64,000 nt of DNA, taken from an uncultured Alphaproteobacteria bacterium. Lineage in GTDB: Bacteria > Pseudomonadota > Alphaproteobacteria > Rs-D84. Location of the stretch: NCBI GenBank assembly GCA_944389595.1, contig CALXMY010000001.1:179-64178 (forward strand). Direction: 5' to 3'. The translations under genes were made by a program, and so were the position numbers. Every line of letters starts with the position of its first letter. The stretch's first letter is position 1. This document shows, piece by piece, positions 28,761-38,696 of this stretch. Under the pieces are notes generated by a model. That model saw nothing but the letters and a program-made list of their open reading frames with translations. It ran no database searches and had not been told where the DNA came from.

Positions 28761-29849
28761 ATGCTGACATCTTTGTTTTTGGAACGCGGTGCCACATTTT
28801 TTGCCAGTGGATGGACACAATTTGCGGCGGCATTTGGTTTGGCTTTTTTGATTTTATGGTTGTTTGGTCGGCCATTTATACAATTAATGCATAAAATACA
28901 AAAACGTGGTCAGCCAATCAGTGAAAATGTGCCGGATGCGCACCGTAAAAAGGCCGGCACCCCCACAATGGGTGGTTTGCTGATAATTGCGGCAATTATA
29001 ATCGCCAGTATTTTATTTATGCCATTGGATAATCCAACCGGATGGATTGCGCTGTTATCATTGATTATGTTTGGAATAATTGGTTTTATTGATGATTATA
29101 AAAAGGTTGTCAGTCAATCAAAAAAGTCATCAAATGGTTTGTCGCCATTAACACGTTTATTAGCAGAGGGTTTCTGTGTAATAATATTGGCATATTTAAT
29201 AAATAAAACCATACCGTTATATATTCCGGAATTGTCATTGGCATTGCCGTTTGGAATAATTTTTTCATTGGGGTTGTGGTATTATGTTTTTGCATATTTT
29301 GTAATCGCGGGCAGTGCCAACGCCACAAATATAACCGATGGTTTGGACGGCATGTTGGCAAAACTGTATATGCCTGTATTGGTGGTGTTGGTGGTCGCAT
29401 TATATGGCGCAACACGTATCGGGTTCATGGATACTGTTATGTTTTTACCGACCGCCAGTGGATTGTATGCGGTGCTGGGCGCGGCGTTTGGCGCAGTGTT
29501 GGGATTTTTGTGGTATAATGCAAAGCCGGCATCAATATTTATGGGCGATGTTGGATCACTGGCGTTGGGCGGATTTATGGGTACGGTTGCGATGCTGTTA
29601 AAATCCGAAGTTATAATGGCAATTGCCGCGGGTATGATGGTGCTGATTTTGTTATCGTCATTTATTCAAACGATGTATTTCAAATTGTCACGTAAAATAA
29701 CCGGAACCGGCAGACGCGTTTTCCTGCGCGCGCCATTGCATCATCATTTCGAAGAATTAGGGTGGCCGGAAACAAAAATTGTGGAACGATTTTTCATTGC
29801 CTCGATATTGTTTTCGGGATTGGCATTAATATTGCTGAAATTTGCATAA
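28761..29849 (+). CDS. mraY: phospho-N-acetylmuramoyl-pentapeptide transferase
   Basis: 362 aa, 10 TM, GTPTMGGLLII, NATNITDGLDG, MGDVGSLALGG motifs. Confidence 0.85.
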   Translation: MLTSLFLERGATFFASGWTQFAAAFGLAFLILWLFGRPFIQLMHKIQKRGQPISENVPDAHRKKAGTPTMGGLLIIAAIIIASILFMPLDNPTGWIALLSLIMFGIIGFIDDYKKVVSQSKKSSNGLSPLTRLLAEGFCVIILAYLINKTIPLYIPELSLALPFGIIFSLGLWYYVFAYFVIAGSANATNITDGLDGMLAKLYMPVLVVLVVALYGATRIGFMDTVMFLPTASGLYAVLGAAFGAVLGFLWYNAKPASIFMGDVGSLALGGFMGTVAMLLKSEVIMAIAAGMMVLILLSSFIQTMYFKLSRKITGTGRRVFLRAPLHHHFEELGWPETKIVERFFIASILFSGLALILLKFA

Positions 29850-29855
29850 AATAAA

Positions 29856-30995
29856 ATGTTACGAACCGAAGAAAGCAAACTTACCAGTTGGTATTTCGAA
29901 ATAGACCGCAAATTGTTGGTCTATGTGCTGGCGATGATAGTCATCAGCATTATATGCATGATTTCCGCCGGTTCGGTTGCCGCCGAACGTTTGGGACATC
30001 CGTGGAATTATTATATTATAAAGGCTATACCGTTTTATATTGTCGGAACGTTGCTGTTGCTGGGCACCAGTATGTTAAACAAAAAATGGGTAATGTTGCT
30101 TTCGTGGGCCGATGTTATTGGCGGACTGTTATTGTTATTGGTGACATTGGTTATGCCGCATACTATTAATGGGTCTGATCGGTTTGTGTCGCTGTTTGGG
30201 TTGGCAAATGTTATGCCGGCTGATATTATGAAGCCCGGTTTTATAATTATTACAGCGTGGTTTTTATCAAAAATGCGCGATACATATGGTGATGATATAT
30301 TCTTTAACCGCAACGCATGGCGATTACGGTGGATGTCATGGTGGCCATATTTGGCAACGTTTGCGGTGGCGATTTTGATTATATTTCAACATCCTGATTT
30401 GGGCACTTCGATTTTATATTTGGCGGTATTGTGCGCGATGTTGTTTATTGCGGGGTTGCCATTGGTTATTATTCCGGTAATTGGATTGGCGGGATTGGGG
30501 TTATTAACGGTCGCATTTTTTACAATGTCGCACGTGCACGATCGAATAATATCATTTTTTACCGGAACAGGTGACACGTACCAGGTTGATCAATCAATTC
30601 AATCGATTCAAAATGGCGGATTGTTCGGCCAGGGCGACAGTTCGTTTGTAAAGCAATCTTTGCCCGATGCACATACGGACTTTATATTTGCCGCCATTGC
30701 CGAAGATGCGGGTGCAATTATGGCATGCGCATTAATAGTGTTTTTAATGTTGGTTTTGCGTCGTTTAATTGTTAATGCAACCAGTGCGCGTGACAGATTT
30801 GTGTTTTATGCAACTGGTGGTGCGGCGGCATTGTTTGGAACCCAGGTATGTATAAATTTAATGTCAACGCTGCATCTGTTTGCGCCAAAGGGCATGACGT
30901 TGCCTTTTATATCATATGGGGGCAGTTCGCTGATATCATTTTGCGTATTATTCGGATTTATTATGGCAATCGTACGCGAAGATAAATGGAAATAA
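29856..30995 (+). CDS. ftsW: SEDS-family cell division protein FtsW
   Basis: 379 aa polytopic; HTDFIFAAIAEDAG and YGGSSL motifs; position between mraY and murG. Confidence 0.8.
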   Translation: MLRTEESKLTSWYFEIDRKLLVYVLAMIVISIICMISAGSVAAERLGHPWNYYIIKAIPFYIVGTLLLLGTSMLNKKWVMLLSWADVIGGLLLLLVTLVMPHTINGSDRFVSLFGLANVMPADIMKPGFIIITAWFLSKMRDTYGDDIFFNRNAWRLRWMSWWPYLATFAVAILIIFQHPDLGTSILYLAVLCAMLFIAGLPLVIIPVIGLAGLGLLTVAFFTMSHVHDRIISFFTGTGDTYQVDQSIQSIQNGGLFGQGDSSFVKQSLPDAHTDFIFAAIAEDAGAIMACALIVFLMLVLRRLIVNATSARDRFVFYATGGAAALFGTQVCINLMSTLHLFAPKGMTLPFISYGGSSLISFCVLFGFIMAIVREDKWK

Positions 30996-31016
30996 TATGA
31001 ACCAAGGAAATAAAAA

Positions 31017-32063
31017 ATGAAAATTTGGATTGCAACGGGGGGGACTGGCGGACATGTTTTTCCGGCATTAAGCGTGGCGGATGAATTGGCGGCGCGTGGA
31101 CATCGCGTTACAATTTCAACCGATGGTCGCACAAAAAAAATGGTGCGTGATGGTGCACCGCGTCGTGCGCATATCGCATTTGTTTGGGCATCTGGGGTTG
31201 GCGCAAAAAGTCGTATGCGGCAATTTGCCGCATTGGCAAAAATTGCTGTGTCGGGTGCATGGCTGATATTGCGTTTTATGTTTTCACGTCCAAATGCCAT
31301 GGTTGCGTTTGGTGGTTACGCATCCGTTGCGCCGGTATTTGCCGCGCATGTATGGCATATACCAACGTTTTTGCATGAACAGAACGCTGCAATTGGGCGG
31401 GCAAATAAATTCACAATGCGATGGGTAAAAACGCTGATGACCAGTTTCCCAAATGTTGATGGCATTCCACAAAATACCACTGTGCGTGTTGTGTATACCG
31501 GGTTGCCCGTGCGACATGAAATTTTGGCGGCGCATGCATCGCCATTACCACGTGGCGCAAATTTATTGGTAACGGGCGGTTCGTTGGGTGCGCAAATTTT
31601 GGACGATGTTGTTCCGGCTGCAATTTTACAAATGAAAAATAAAAAAATATTTGTAACACATCAAACACGGCCTGAAAATGTTGCGCGGTTGCAAAAATTA
31701 TATGCAGACAATAAAATTCGTGCGAACGTTTTGTCATTTATTCATGATATGGCGGGTGCGATTGTTGATGCGAATTTAGTTATTGGTCGCAGTGGTGCCA
31801 GCACAGTTGTTGAATTGGAAACGATTGGTCGCGGTGCGATATTGGTGCCATTAAATATAAATCCGGACCAGGCGGCCAATGCGGCCAGTTTTGCAAAAAC
31901 GGGCGGCGGTTTTGCCGTGCCACAGGAAAAATTCACGCCAAAATGGTTGGCGGCGACACTGGATGAATTATTTGATAACCCATCGCGATTGGAAAAAATG
32001 GCGAAAAAGGCACTGGTTGAAAATAATGCGGTGCAAATAATTTGCGATGAAATAACAAAATAA
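31017..32063 (+). CDS. murG: UDP-N-acetylglucosamine--N-acetylmuramyl-(pentapeptide) pyrophosphoryl-undecaprenol GlcNAc transferase
   Basis: GGTGGHVFPAL N-terminal motif; GT28 C-terminal domain. Confidence 0.85.
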   Translation: MKIWIATGGTGGHVFPALSVADELAARGHRVTISTDGRTKKMVRDGAPRRAHIAFVWASGVGAKSRMRQFAALAKIAVSGAWLILRFMFSRPNAMVAFGGYASVAPVFAAHVWHIPTFLHEQNAAIGRANKFTMRWVKTLMTSFPNVDGIPQNTTVRVVYTGLPVRHEILAAHASPLPRGANLLVTGGSLGAQILDDVVPAAILQMKNKKIFVTHQTRPENVARLQKLYADNKIRANVLSFIHDMAGAIVDANLVIGRSGASTVVELETIGRGAILVPLNINPDQAANAASFAKTGGGFAVPQEKFTPKWLAATLDELFDNPSRLEKMAKKALVENNAVQIICDEITK

Positions 32064-32135
32064 TTAATTTATGCATTTTTCTGCTTGCTTGCGATTCGTC
32101 ATTTGTTCTATGATTGAATCAGGAAGGAAAGGAAA

Positions 32136-33572
32136 ATGCGACAGATTGCAGTTTCTGTGTTATCACTGTTTATTGCGTTGCCGGCATTTGCCGGGGCACG
32201 TATGCCGGTTGTAAATTTGGCGGCCGGTGGTGTTTCTGCGCGTGCCGCGTTTGGTGAACCCGTTGTGTCGGCGCAAAATAAAGGTGCCGAAAAAAATATA
32301 ATTGCGACAAATTCTGATACACAAAAATCTGATAATTCGGGTGTGCGTAATGTTGTTGCGCGCAGCGGGACTGCTCAAACGGTCAATATTGCACATTCAA
32401 AACATGCGGATACCGGTGGCACGATAATGGCAAGTGCCGATGTTTTATCGCCCCGTCGGCCCAGTGCAGATTTATGGGCGCATTCATCAACCGGCACCGC
32501 CACACCATTGCGGTTGCCCAGTCCGGATGAATTTTCCGTTATTCGTTCCGATGACGTATTACCCGAAGAAAGTTTAAATTCCGCCGCGCCAACGCGTATC
32601 GCGGCACGTACAACATCAAATAACGATGTTGCATGGACGGCATCTGTTTCGCCCCAGGCATCGTACGACGTGTCCGCGACAATGTCTGAATTGGACGCAC
32701 AAATTGCGCGTTTGAATGAATTACAACGTCGCGCAAATGACAGTGTGCGCGATGATTTCGCGAATATGCAATCCGATCCACGTGAAATTACAAATGTGGC
32801 GGCACCACGTGTTGCGTCGCGTAATGTCGTTGCGCGTCCGGCGGCCACTAAAACCGTTCAAAAAACGATTGCATCACCCACAATTGCGCGTGCCGACGAT
32901 TCGGATGACGATATTAAATTATCGCGCATGGTTGTGCCAATGAATGATATGACCGATGATGTTGTTGTGCGTGCGGTTAAACGTGCCGAATCTCCACGTA
33001 TTACTTCTGTACGCGAAGATATGACTAAAATGAGTCCCAGCGAATTGCGCAAGGCATTTCGAAAAACATTTTTATCGGAAAATAAACATTTATCAACATT
33101 TCAAATTGATGACAGATTTGATGTGGCCAGTGATATGACCGCCAATGCCGCGGGATTTACATCGGCGCGTGATTTGTCCGAATCTGGTGGTATTCGTCCA
33201 TTGGAAATAAAAATCAAATTCCGTAATTATGATGCGGCGTTATCGCGTGATAATTATACGCTGTTAACCGAATATGCGGGAATTGTGTTAAGTAATCCGA
33301 CCCGCGCAATTCAGGTTTCAATTCCGCAAAAGGTGACTGTGGATGACGATGACCGTAAATTGGCGGCGCGTCGTTTGGCAATCGTGGAACAGGTTTTGCG
33401 TGACAACGGCATTTCGGAACAACGGATATTGCCCGTTTTATCCCAGCGTGACGAAGATGGTTTGGTTCTGCGTATGATATCATTGGATCAATATGAAACG
33501 TTGACCAAACAACAACAAAATATATTTGGTGATACAATCAGTAAAAAAACGTACAGAAGTATGTCGTGGTAA
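32136..33572 (+). CDS. secreted hypothetical protein
   Basis: 478 aa; signal peptide MRQIAVSVLSLFIALPAFA; S/T/R/A-rich; occupies the position where murC/ddl/ftsQAZ would normally follow murG. Confidence 0.5.
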   Translation: MRQIAVSVLSLFIALPAFAGARMPVVNLAAGGVSARAAFGEPVVSAQNKGAEKNIIATNSDTQKSDNSGVRNVVARSGTAQTVNIAHSKHADTGGTIMASADVLSPRRPSADLWAHSSTGTATPLRLPSPDEFSVIRSDDVLPEESLNSAAPTRIAARTTSNNDVAWTASVSPQASYDVSATMSELDAQIARLNELQRRANDSVRDDFANMQSDPREITNVAAPRVASRNVVARPAATKTVQKTIASPTIARADDSDDDIKLSRMVVPMNDMTDDVVVRAVKRAESPRITSVREDMTKMSPSELRKAFRKTFLSENKHLSTFQIDDRFDVASDMTANAAGFTSARDLSESGGIRPLEIKIKFRNYDAALSRDNYTLLTEYAGIVLSNPTRAIQVSIPQKVTVDDDDRKLAARRLAIVEQVLRDNGISEQRILPVLSQRDEDGLVLRMISLDQYETLTKQQQNIFGDTISKKTYRSMSW

Positions 33573-34324
33573 ACGAATTTATTACGCGCGCGGGAAATAT
33601 GATAAAAAATACCGCGCGTTTTTCTGTTGAATTTTTATTTCCGGCAACATGCCCGCTGTGTGGAACGCCTGTTTCAACAAATGGTGAATTATGCGCGGAT
33701 TGTTGGTGTGCATTTAATTGGATTGGGCGACCGTGTTGTGAACAGTGTGGCTATCCGTTTCCGGCAAATTTAGATTTAGGATTGCATCCAATGTGTCCAA
33801 ATTGCGCGGCGGGTGGTTGCGTTTTGGATTTAATTCGCAGTGCATGCACATATGACGATGCGTCACGTGGCGCGGTATTGCCGTTTAAACATGCGGGGCG
33901 TGTAAATTATGCAACATTTATGGCGCGTGCCATGATATGGGCAATGCGTGATGTTGATATTTCGCCCGATATCGTTATGCCGGTACCATTGGCATATGGC
34001 CGATTGTTTCATCGTGGTTATAACCAATCAACATTACTGGCGCGGCCAATTGCGAATGCGTTTGGTGTTGATATGGATTTAACCAGTGTGCATCGTGCAT
34101 ATCGCCCAGATATGGGACATAAAAATGCCGCCCAGCGTGCGGAAAATATACACGGGGTATTCAATGTTGTACGGCCCGATAAAATTCGTGGTCGTCGCAT
34201 TTTGTTGGTTGACGATGTTATGACAACCGGTGCAACGTTTGGGGAATTACGGCGTGTGTTGGTAAATGCCGGCGCAACGGCGGTTTATGGTGTAACATTT
34301 TGTCGTGTTGTGCGCGCAATATAA
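33566..34324 (+). CDS. comF: ComF-family phosphoribosyltransferase
   Basis: N-terminal double zinc ribbon CPLCG...CADCW / CEQCG...CPNC; PRTase motif LLVDDVMTTGATF. Confidence 0.65.
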   Translation: MVNEFITRAGNMIKNTARFSVEFLFPATCPLCGTPVSTNGELCADCWCAFNWIGRPCCEQCGYPFPANLDLGLHPMCPNCAAGGCVLDLIRSACTYDDASRGAVLPFKHAGRVNYATFMARAMIWAMRDVDISPDIVMPVPLAYGRLFHRGYNQSTLLARPIANAFGVDMDLTSVHRAYRPDMGHKNAAQRAENIHGVFNVVRPDKIRGRRILLVDDVMTTGATFGELRRVLVNAGATAVYGVTFCRVVRAI

Positions 34325-34341
34325 CAGATATAATACCCGGT

Positions 34342-34767
34342 TTAACTTTGGTGTATATTTCTGTCGTCCATGAATGATTTCAGCATATGATGTTTTTGAC
34401 TGTCTATTTCCTGGCGAATAATTTTTGCCGAACACATTTTTAATAACAGTTCCAATTTATCCGCAGTTTTCATATTTTTTGATAAAGTTATTTTTTTGTT
34501 TGTGATATCAGGTACCGTATTTTTTTTATCAAAAACATGTTTGACATCGGTTGATATCAAATCACCGTCAATGTACAGTTCATATCTGACATAACTGTTT
34601 GTTACGCCATTATGCGAAAAGAAACTGCGTATATCAAAATGCATCGGAATACCATCATCGGTATCATAAAAATCAAACGAATACTGTGATATAGTATGCC
34701 CGTTTAAAACAGACACGAAACTTTTTGGAATTATGCTGCATAAAAAAAGAAATAAATCGTAATCCAT
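34342..34767 (-). CDS. hypothetical protein
   Basis: 141 aa ORF in AT-rich segment; no motif recognised. Confidence 0.4.
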   Translation of the reverse strand: MDYDLFLFLCSIIPKSFVSVLNGHTISQYSFDFYDTDDGIPMHFDIRSFFSHNGVTNSYVRYELYIDGDLISTDVKHVFDKKNTVPDITNKKITLSKNMKTADKLELLLKMCSAKIIRQEIDSQKHHMLKSFMDDRNIHQS

Positions 34768-34883
34768 GATACACGTTATAATATTACAAATGGTTGTTTT
34801 GTCAAGCTGATTATTAACGATAACTTGAATTTTTATTTTAATATGCTAGGATTGAAAGGTATTTACATTCATAGGAAAAAATC

Positions 34884-37292
34884 ATGAAGGCAGAATTGGG
34901 TAAAAATATAAACACGCGTGAAATGGAATCACGTATTCAGCAATTTTGGGATTCAAATAATTTTTGGGACAACGATGTTAAATCTGGGAAAACGCCGTTC
35001 TGTGTAATGATGCCGCCACCAAATGTTACGGGCTGTTTGCATATGGGGCACGCGTTGGATAATGTACTGACAGACATTGTTTGTCGATATAAACGCATGT
35101 GCGGGTATGATGTATTATGGCAGCCTGGGACCGATCATGCGTCAATTGCAACACAATTGTTGGTTGAACGCGATTTATCAAAACGCGGAATAAATCCGCG
35201 CAGTTTAACCACGGATGAATTATTAAAAGTTGCATGGGAATGGAAAAACGACAAAGGTGGCCAGATTATAAACCAATTGCATATATTGGGGGTTACGCCG
35301 GTGTGGCATCGTGAACGTTTTACTATGGATGATGGGCTGTCGCATGCGGTGGTAAAACTGTTTGTGAAAATGTATAACGATGGTTTGATTTATCGCGCAA
35401 AACGTTTGGTTAACTGGTGCCCAAAACAACAAACATCCGTATCTGATCTGGAGGTTGAAACCCGCGAGGAACACGGTAAATTTTATTATTTTAATTACCC
35501 ACTGGTTGGTGGTGGGGTGGTGGAAATTGCAACCACGCGTCCCGAAACACTGTTTGGTGACCAGGCAATTGCAATTCATCCGGAAAACGAAAAACTGAAA
35601 CATTTAATTGGTAAAACGGCAATTATACCGTTGACCGATATTGAAATACCAATTATTGCCGATGAACATGCCGACCCGGACAAGGGAACAGGTGCGGTTA
35701 AAATTACCCCTGCGCATGATTTTGATGACTGGGATGTTGGTGTTCGTCATAATTTGATGCCTGTGAATATTTTAACACCGGATGCAAAATTAAACGATAA
35801 TCCGGTGGTGCCCGAAAAATATCGTGGTATGGACAGATTCAAGGCACGTGATGAAATTGTTGCTGATATTGATGCGGCCGGTTTGCTGGTTAAAATCGAA
35901 GATAAAATAATTCCAACCCCGTATTCTGAACGTGGCGGTGTTGTTGTTGAACCATATTTAACCGATCAATGGTTTGTGGATGCGGAAAAATTGGCGACTG
36001 CGGCGATTAGCGTTGTTGAAAATGGCAATATTAAATTTATGCCGGAACATCGGTATAATCTGTATATGTCATGGATGAAAAATATTCGCCCATGGCCAAT
36101 TTCGCGCCAATTATGGTGGGGGCATCATATACCCGCGTGGTATGATGCCGATGGTAATATTTATGTTGCCGAAACCGAGGCAGATGCCATCGCACAATCT
36201 GGGGGTAAACAGTTAACCCGTGACAAAGATGTTTTGGACACATGGTTTTCATCTGCGTTGTGGCCGTTTTCCACATTGGGTTGGCCGGATGAAACACCAG
36301 AACTTAAAAAATATTACCCAACGGATTTGCTGTATACGGGTGTCGATATCATCTTTTTCTGGGTCGCGCGTATGATAATGATGGGCATGTATGTTATGGG
36401 TGATATACCATTCAGAACGGTGAATTTTCATGGCCTGGTGCGTGATGCAAAGGGACAAAAAATGTCAAAAACCAAGGGTAATGGTACCGATCCATTAACC
36501 GCGGTTGAAAAATTTGGTGCGGATGCGTTGCGTTACTGGATTGCAACCGCCCCAATTGGCACAGATATTCGTTACAGCGAAGACGAGATTAAACGTGGTT
36601 CAAAATTATTGACCAAACTGTGGAATGCGGCGAAATATGTTTTAATGAATTTGACGGATTTTGAACCAAATACCGCCAACCCGGTCGCAATTGAAAATCG
36701 CTTTATCGAAGACAGATGGGTGTTGTCCGAATTAAATAAAACAATTGCGGATGTGCGCCGTCATTTGGATAAATATGATAACTATAATTCGCGTGCGGCA
36801 ATTGATACATTCTTTTACGATGTATTTTGCGACCAGTATTTGGAATTTATCAAGGACAGATTTTGGTCGCCTGAAAAATACAGTGATGAATCAAAATTGT
36901 CTGCACAATGGACATTGTTCGAAGTGTTGCGTGCGGTTATCGGTATGTATGCACCTTTTATCCCGTTCCAAACCGAAGAATTATGGCAGCAAATTTATAA
37001 ACCGTACGAACGCGGTGATACATTGCATTTGACTGCGTATCCAGATGTTGACGCATCGCGTGAAACAGATGTTGAAAAAATGCAAATTGCGCTGGATATA
37101 TTGAAATCTGTACGTGGTTTACGCACCGAACGCAAGATTGGCAATGGTGCCAAATTGGAAACGTTAACAATTCCGCAATCGACACCAAATGAATTGCATG
37201 GTGTTATAAAATCTGCGGCACGTGCAAATAATATTGTTTTGGGCGACGCAATTGATTTTGTTGTGGTTGCCACAAATGGGGAAAATAAATGA
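34884..37292 (+). CDS. valS: valine--tRNA ligase (short, ~800-aa form)
   Basis: PPPNVTGCLHMGHA (HIGH), KMSKTKGN (KMSKS), class I editing domain; only 802 aa. Confidence 0.85.
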   Translation: MKAELGKNINTREMESRIQQFWDSNNFWDNDVKSGKTPFCVMMPPPNVTGCLHMGHALDNVLTDIVCRYKRMCGYDVLWQPGTDHASIATQLLVERDLSKRGINPRSLTTDELLKVAWEWKNDKGGQIINQLHILGVTPVWHRERFTMDDGLSHAVVKLFVKMYNDGLIYRAKRLVNWCPKQQTSVSDLEVETREEHGKFYYFNYPLVGGGVVEIATTRPETLFGDQAIAIHPENEKLKHLIGKTAIIPLTDIEIPIIADEHADPDKGTGAVKITPAHDFDDWDVGVRHNLMPVNILTPDAKLNDNPVVPEKYRGMDRFKARDEIVADIDAAGLLVKIEDKIIPTPYSERGGVVVEPYLTDQWFVDAEKLATAAISVVENGNIKFMPEHRYNLYMSWMKNIRPWPISRQLWWGHHIPAWYDADGNIYVAETEADAIAQSGGKQLTRDKDVLDTWFSSALWPFSTLGWPDETPELKKYYPTDLLYTGVDIIFFWVARMIMMGMYVMGDIPFRTVNFHGLVRDAKGQKMSKTKGNGTDPLTAVEKFGADALRYWIATAPIGTDIRYSEDEIKRGSKLLTKLWNAAKYVLMNLTDFEPNTANPVAIENRFIEDRWVLSELNKTIADVRRHLDKYDNYNSRAAIDTFFYDVFCDQYLEFIKDRFWSPEKYSDESKLSAQWTLFEVLRAVIGMYAPFIPFQTEELWQQIYKPYERGDTLHLTAYPDVDASRETDVEKMQIALDILKSVRGLRTERKIGNGAKLETLTIPQSTPNELHGVIKSAARANNIVLGDAIDFVVVATNGENK

Positions 37293-38017
37293 CGGAAAAA
37301 TTGGTTGAAAAGCGTGTGTTACAGGCATATCAATGTGACAGATATGGATATGTTCGTCCGCTGATTTTAATGAATGAATTACAGGGCGTTGCCGATACGC
37401 ATGCCGAACGTTTGGGGTGTGGTCGTACATATTTGTTGGCGCATAATTTGGCGTGGGTGGTAACGCATTATTTGGTTGATATAATCGAAAGCCCACGCGA
37501 GGGCGAAGAATTATCGTTTATTACATGGCCGTCTGCGCATGATATTTTGCGTGCAACACGTGATTTCGAAATCCGTGGGGCAGATGGGCGGTTAATGGTA
37601 CGTGCCACGTCGCAATGGATTTTAATTGATATGACACGTCGTCGGCCATTGAAGTTGGATGAAAATTTGCCATATTGGGAAATAATACCGGAACGTGCAT
37701 GGGATGTTTCGTTTGAAAAGTTTCCTGATTTTACGCCAACAAAAACGCATACTATGAAATGCCGATTTGATGATATTGATGTAAATCAACATATTAATAA
37801 TGCGGTATATGCCGTATGGGCGACGGAAAGCGTTGGGTATATTTATCGCAGTCAACATAAATTGTGTCGCATCGAATTAAATTTCAAAAAAGAAATCAGT
37901 CCCGATACGCCGGAAATTGCAGTTGATGTTACAATAGATGGATTAATCACACGGCATAAAATAAAAAACGGTGATACCGTTCACGCGGATGTAATTTGTA
38001 CATGGGCAGAATTGTAA
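37289..38017 (+). CDS. acyl-ACP thioesterase-family (hotdog fold) protein
   Basis: 242 aa; DIDVNQHINNAVY motif typical of PF01643; start overlaps valS stop (ATGA). Confidence 0.55.
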   Translation: MTEKLVEKRVLQAYQCDRYGYVRPLILMNELQGVADTHAERLGCGRTYLLAHNLAWVVTHYLVDIIESPREGEELSFITWPSAHDILRATRDFEIRGADGRLMVRATSQWILIDMTRRRPLKLDENLPYWEIIPERAWDVSFEKFPDFTPTKTHTMKCRFDDIDVNQHINNAVYAVWATESVGYIYRSQHKLCRIELNFKKEISPDTPEIAVDVTIDGLITRHKIKNGDTVHADVICTWAEL

Positions 38018-38047
38018 TCATAATCAATAATAATGGAATACAAATTA

Positions 38048-38075
38048 AAAAAATCGCCAATTGGCGATTTTTTTA
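38048..38075. terminator. bidirectional terminator hairpin
   Basis: AAAAAAATCGCCAATTGGCGATTTTTTT between convergent thioesterase gene and rpmH. Confidence 0.7.
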
Positions 38076-38225
38076 ATTTGCTGCATTCACAGCCAATCTT
38101 TTACGACCCGCTGCACGGCGACGGTTTAAAACCTCGCGTCCACCCTTGGTCGCCATCCGTTCACGAAAGCCATGCGTACGCACGCGACGTGTTTTTGATG
38201 GTTGATATGTACGTTTTGTTGCCAT
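38073..38225 (-). CDS. rpmH: 50S ribosomal protein L34
   Basis: own translation of minus strand: [50 protein letters not shown]; not in ORF track because <60 aa. Confidence 0.85.
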   Translation of the reverse strand: MATKRTYQPSKTRRVRTHGFRERMATKGGREVLNRRRAAGRKRLAVNAAN

Positions 38226-38281
38226 AATAAAATCCTTTTGTGCCCCTATTTAATCACAGGTTTTTGAAAAACGCAACATTT

Positions 38282-38377
38282 TTATTTAGATTTTACCAAA
38301 CCCAGTTTTTTCAAGCCTTCTATCATCAAATAATACGCAAATAATGCTGTAAACATACGCCATAACGGTAAAAACAT
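38282..38377 (-). CDS. candidate small hydrophobic peptide (31 aa)
   Basis: own translation MFLPLWRMFTALFAYYLMIEGLKKLGLVKSK; GGGGG SD 6 nt upstream of ATG; single predicted TM helix. Confidence 0.35.
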   Translation of the reverse strand: MFLPLWRMFTALFAYYLMIEGLKKLGLVKSK

Positions 38378-38696
38378 GTTTAGCCCCCTGTGTTTATTTG
38401 CATCTATTTCGATGGTGCAGCCGCGAAATCATACTGGCAAAATTACGCAGCCGATTAATATTCCAACGCATTACCAGTAATTGCGCGCGTATCCATACGT
38501 CGTTTTTGCCACATGAATTCAGCATGGAATTCGTTTCGTTTTTTGCATCATCTAATAATTTTTTTAACCGTGTCATGATATTTTTATGCTATCACAAATT
38601 GATATTTTGTCAATGTGATTTTTGGGGTTTATTTCTTGACCGAAACTGTAAAAATTTGCTATTCTTTATTTGTTAAAAACAGGGGATTTATTACGT

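Noticed and set aside
38398-38676. 92-aa plus-strand ORF upstream of gyrA
   Set aside because: No SD, implausible composition (F/C/L-rich), and it sits in the gyrA promoter/leader region. The minus-strand 31-aa peptide with a GGGGG SD is the better candidate there.
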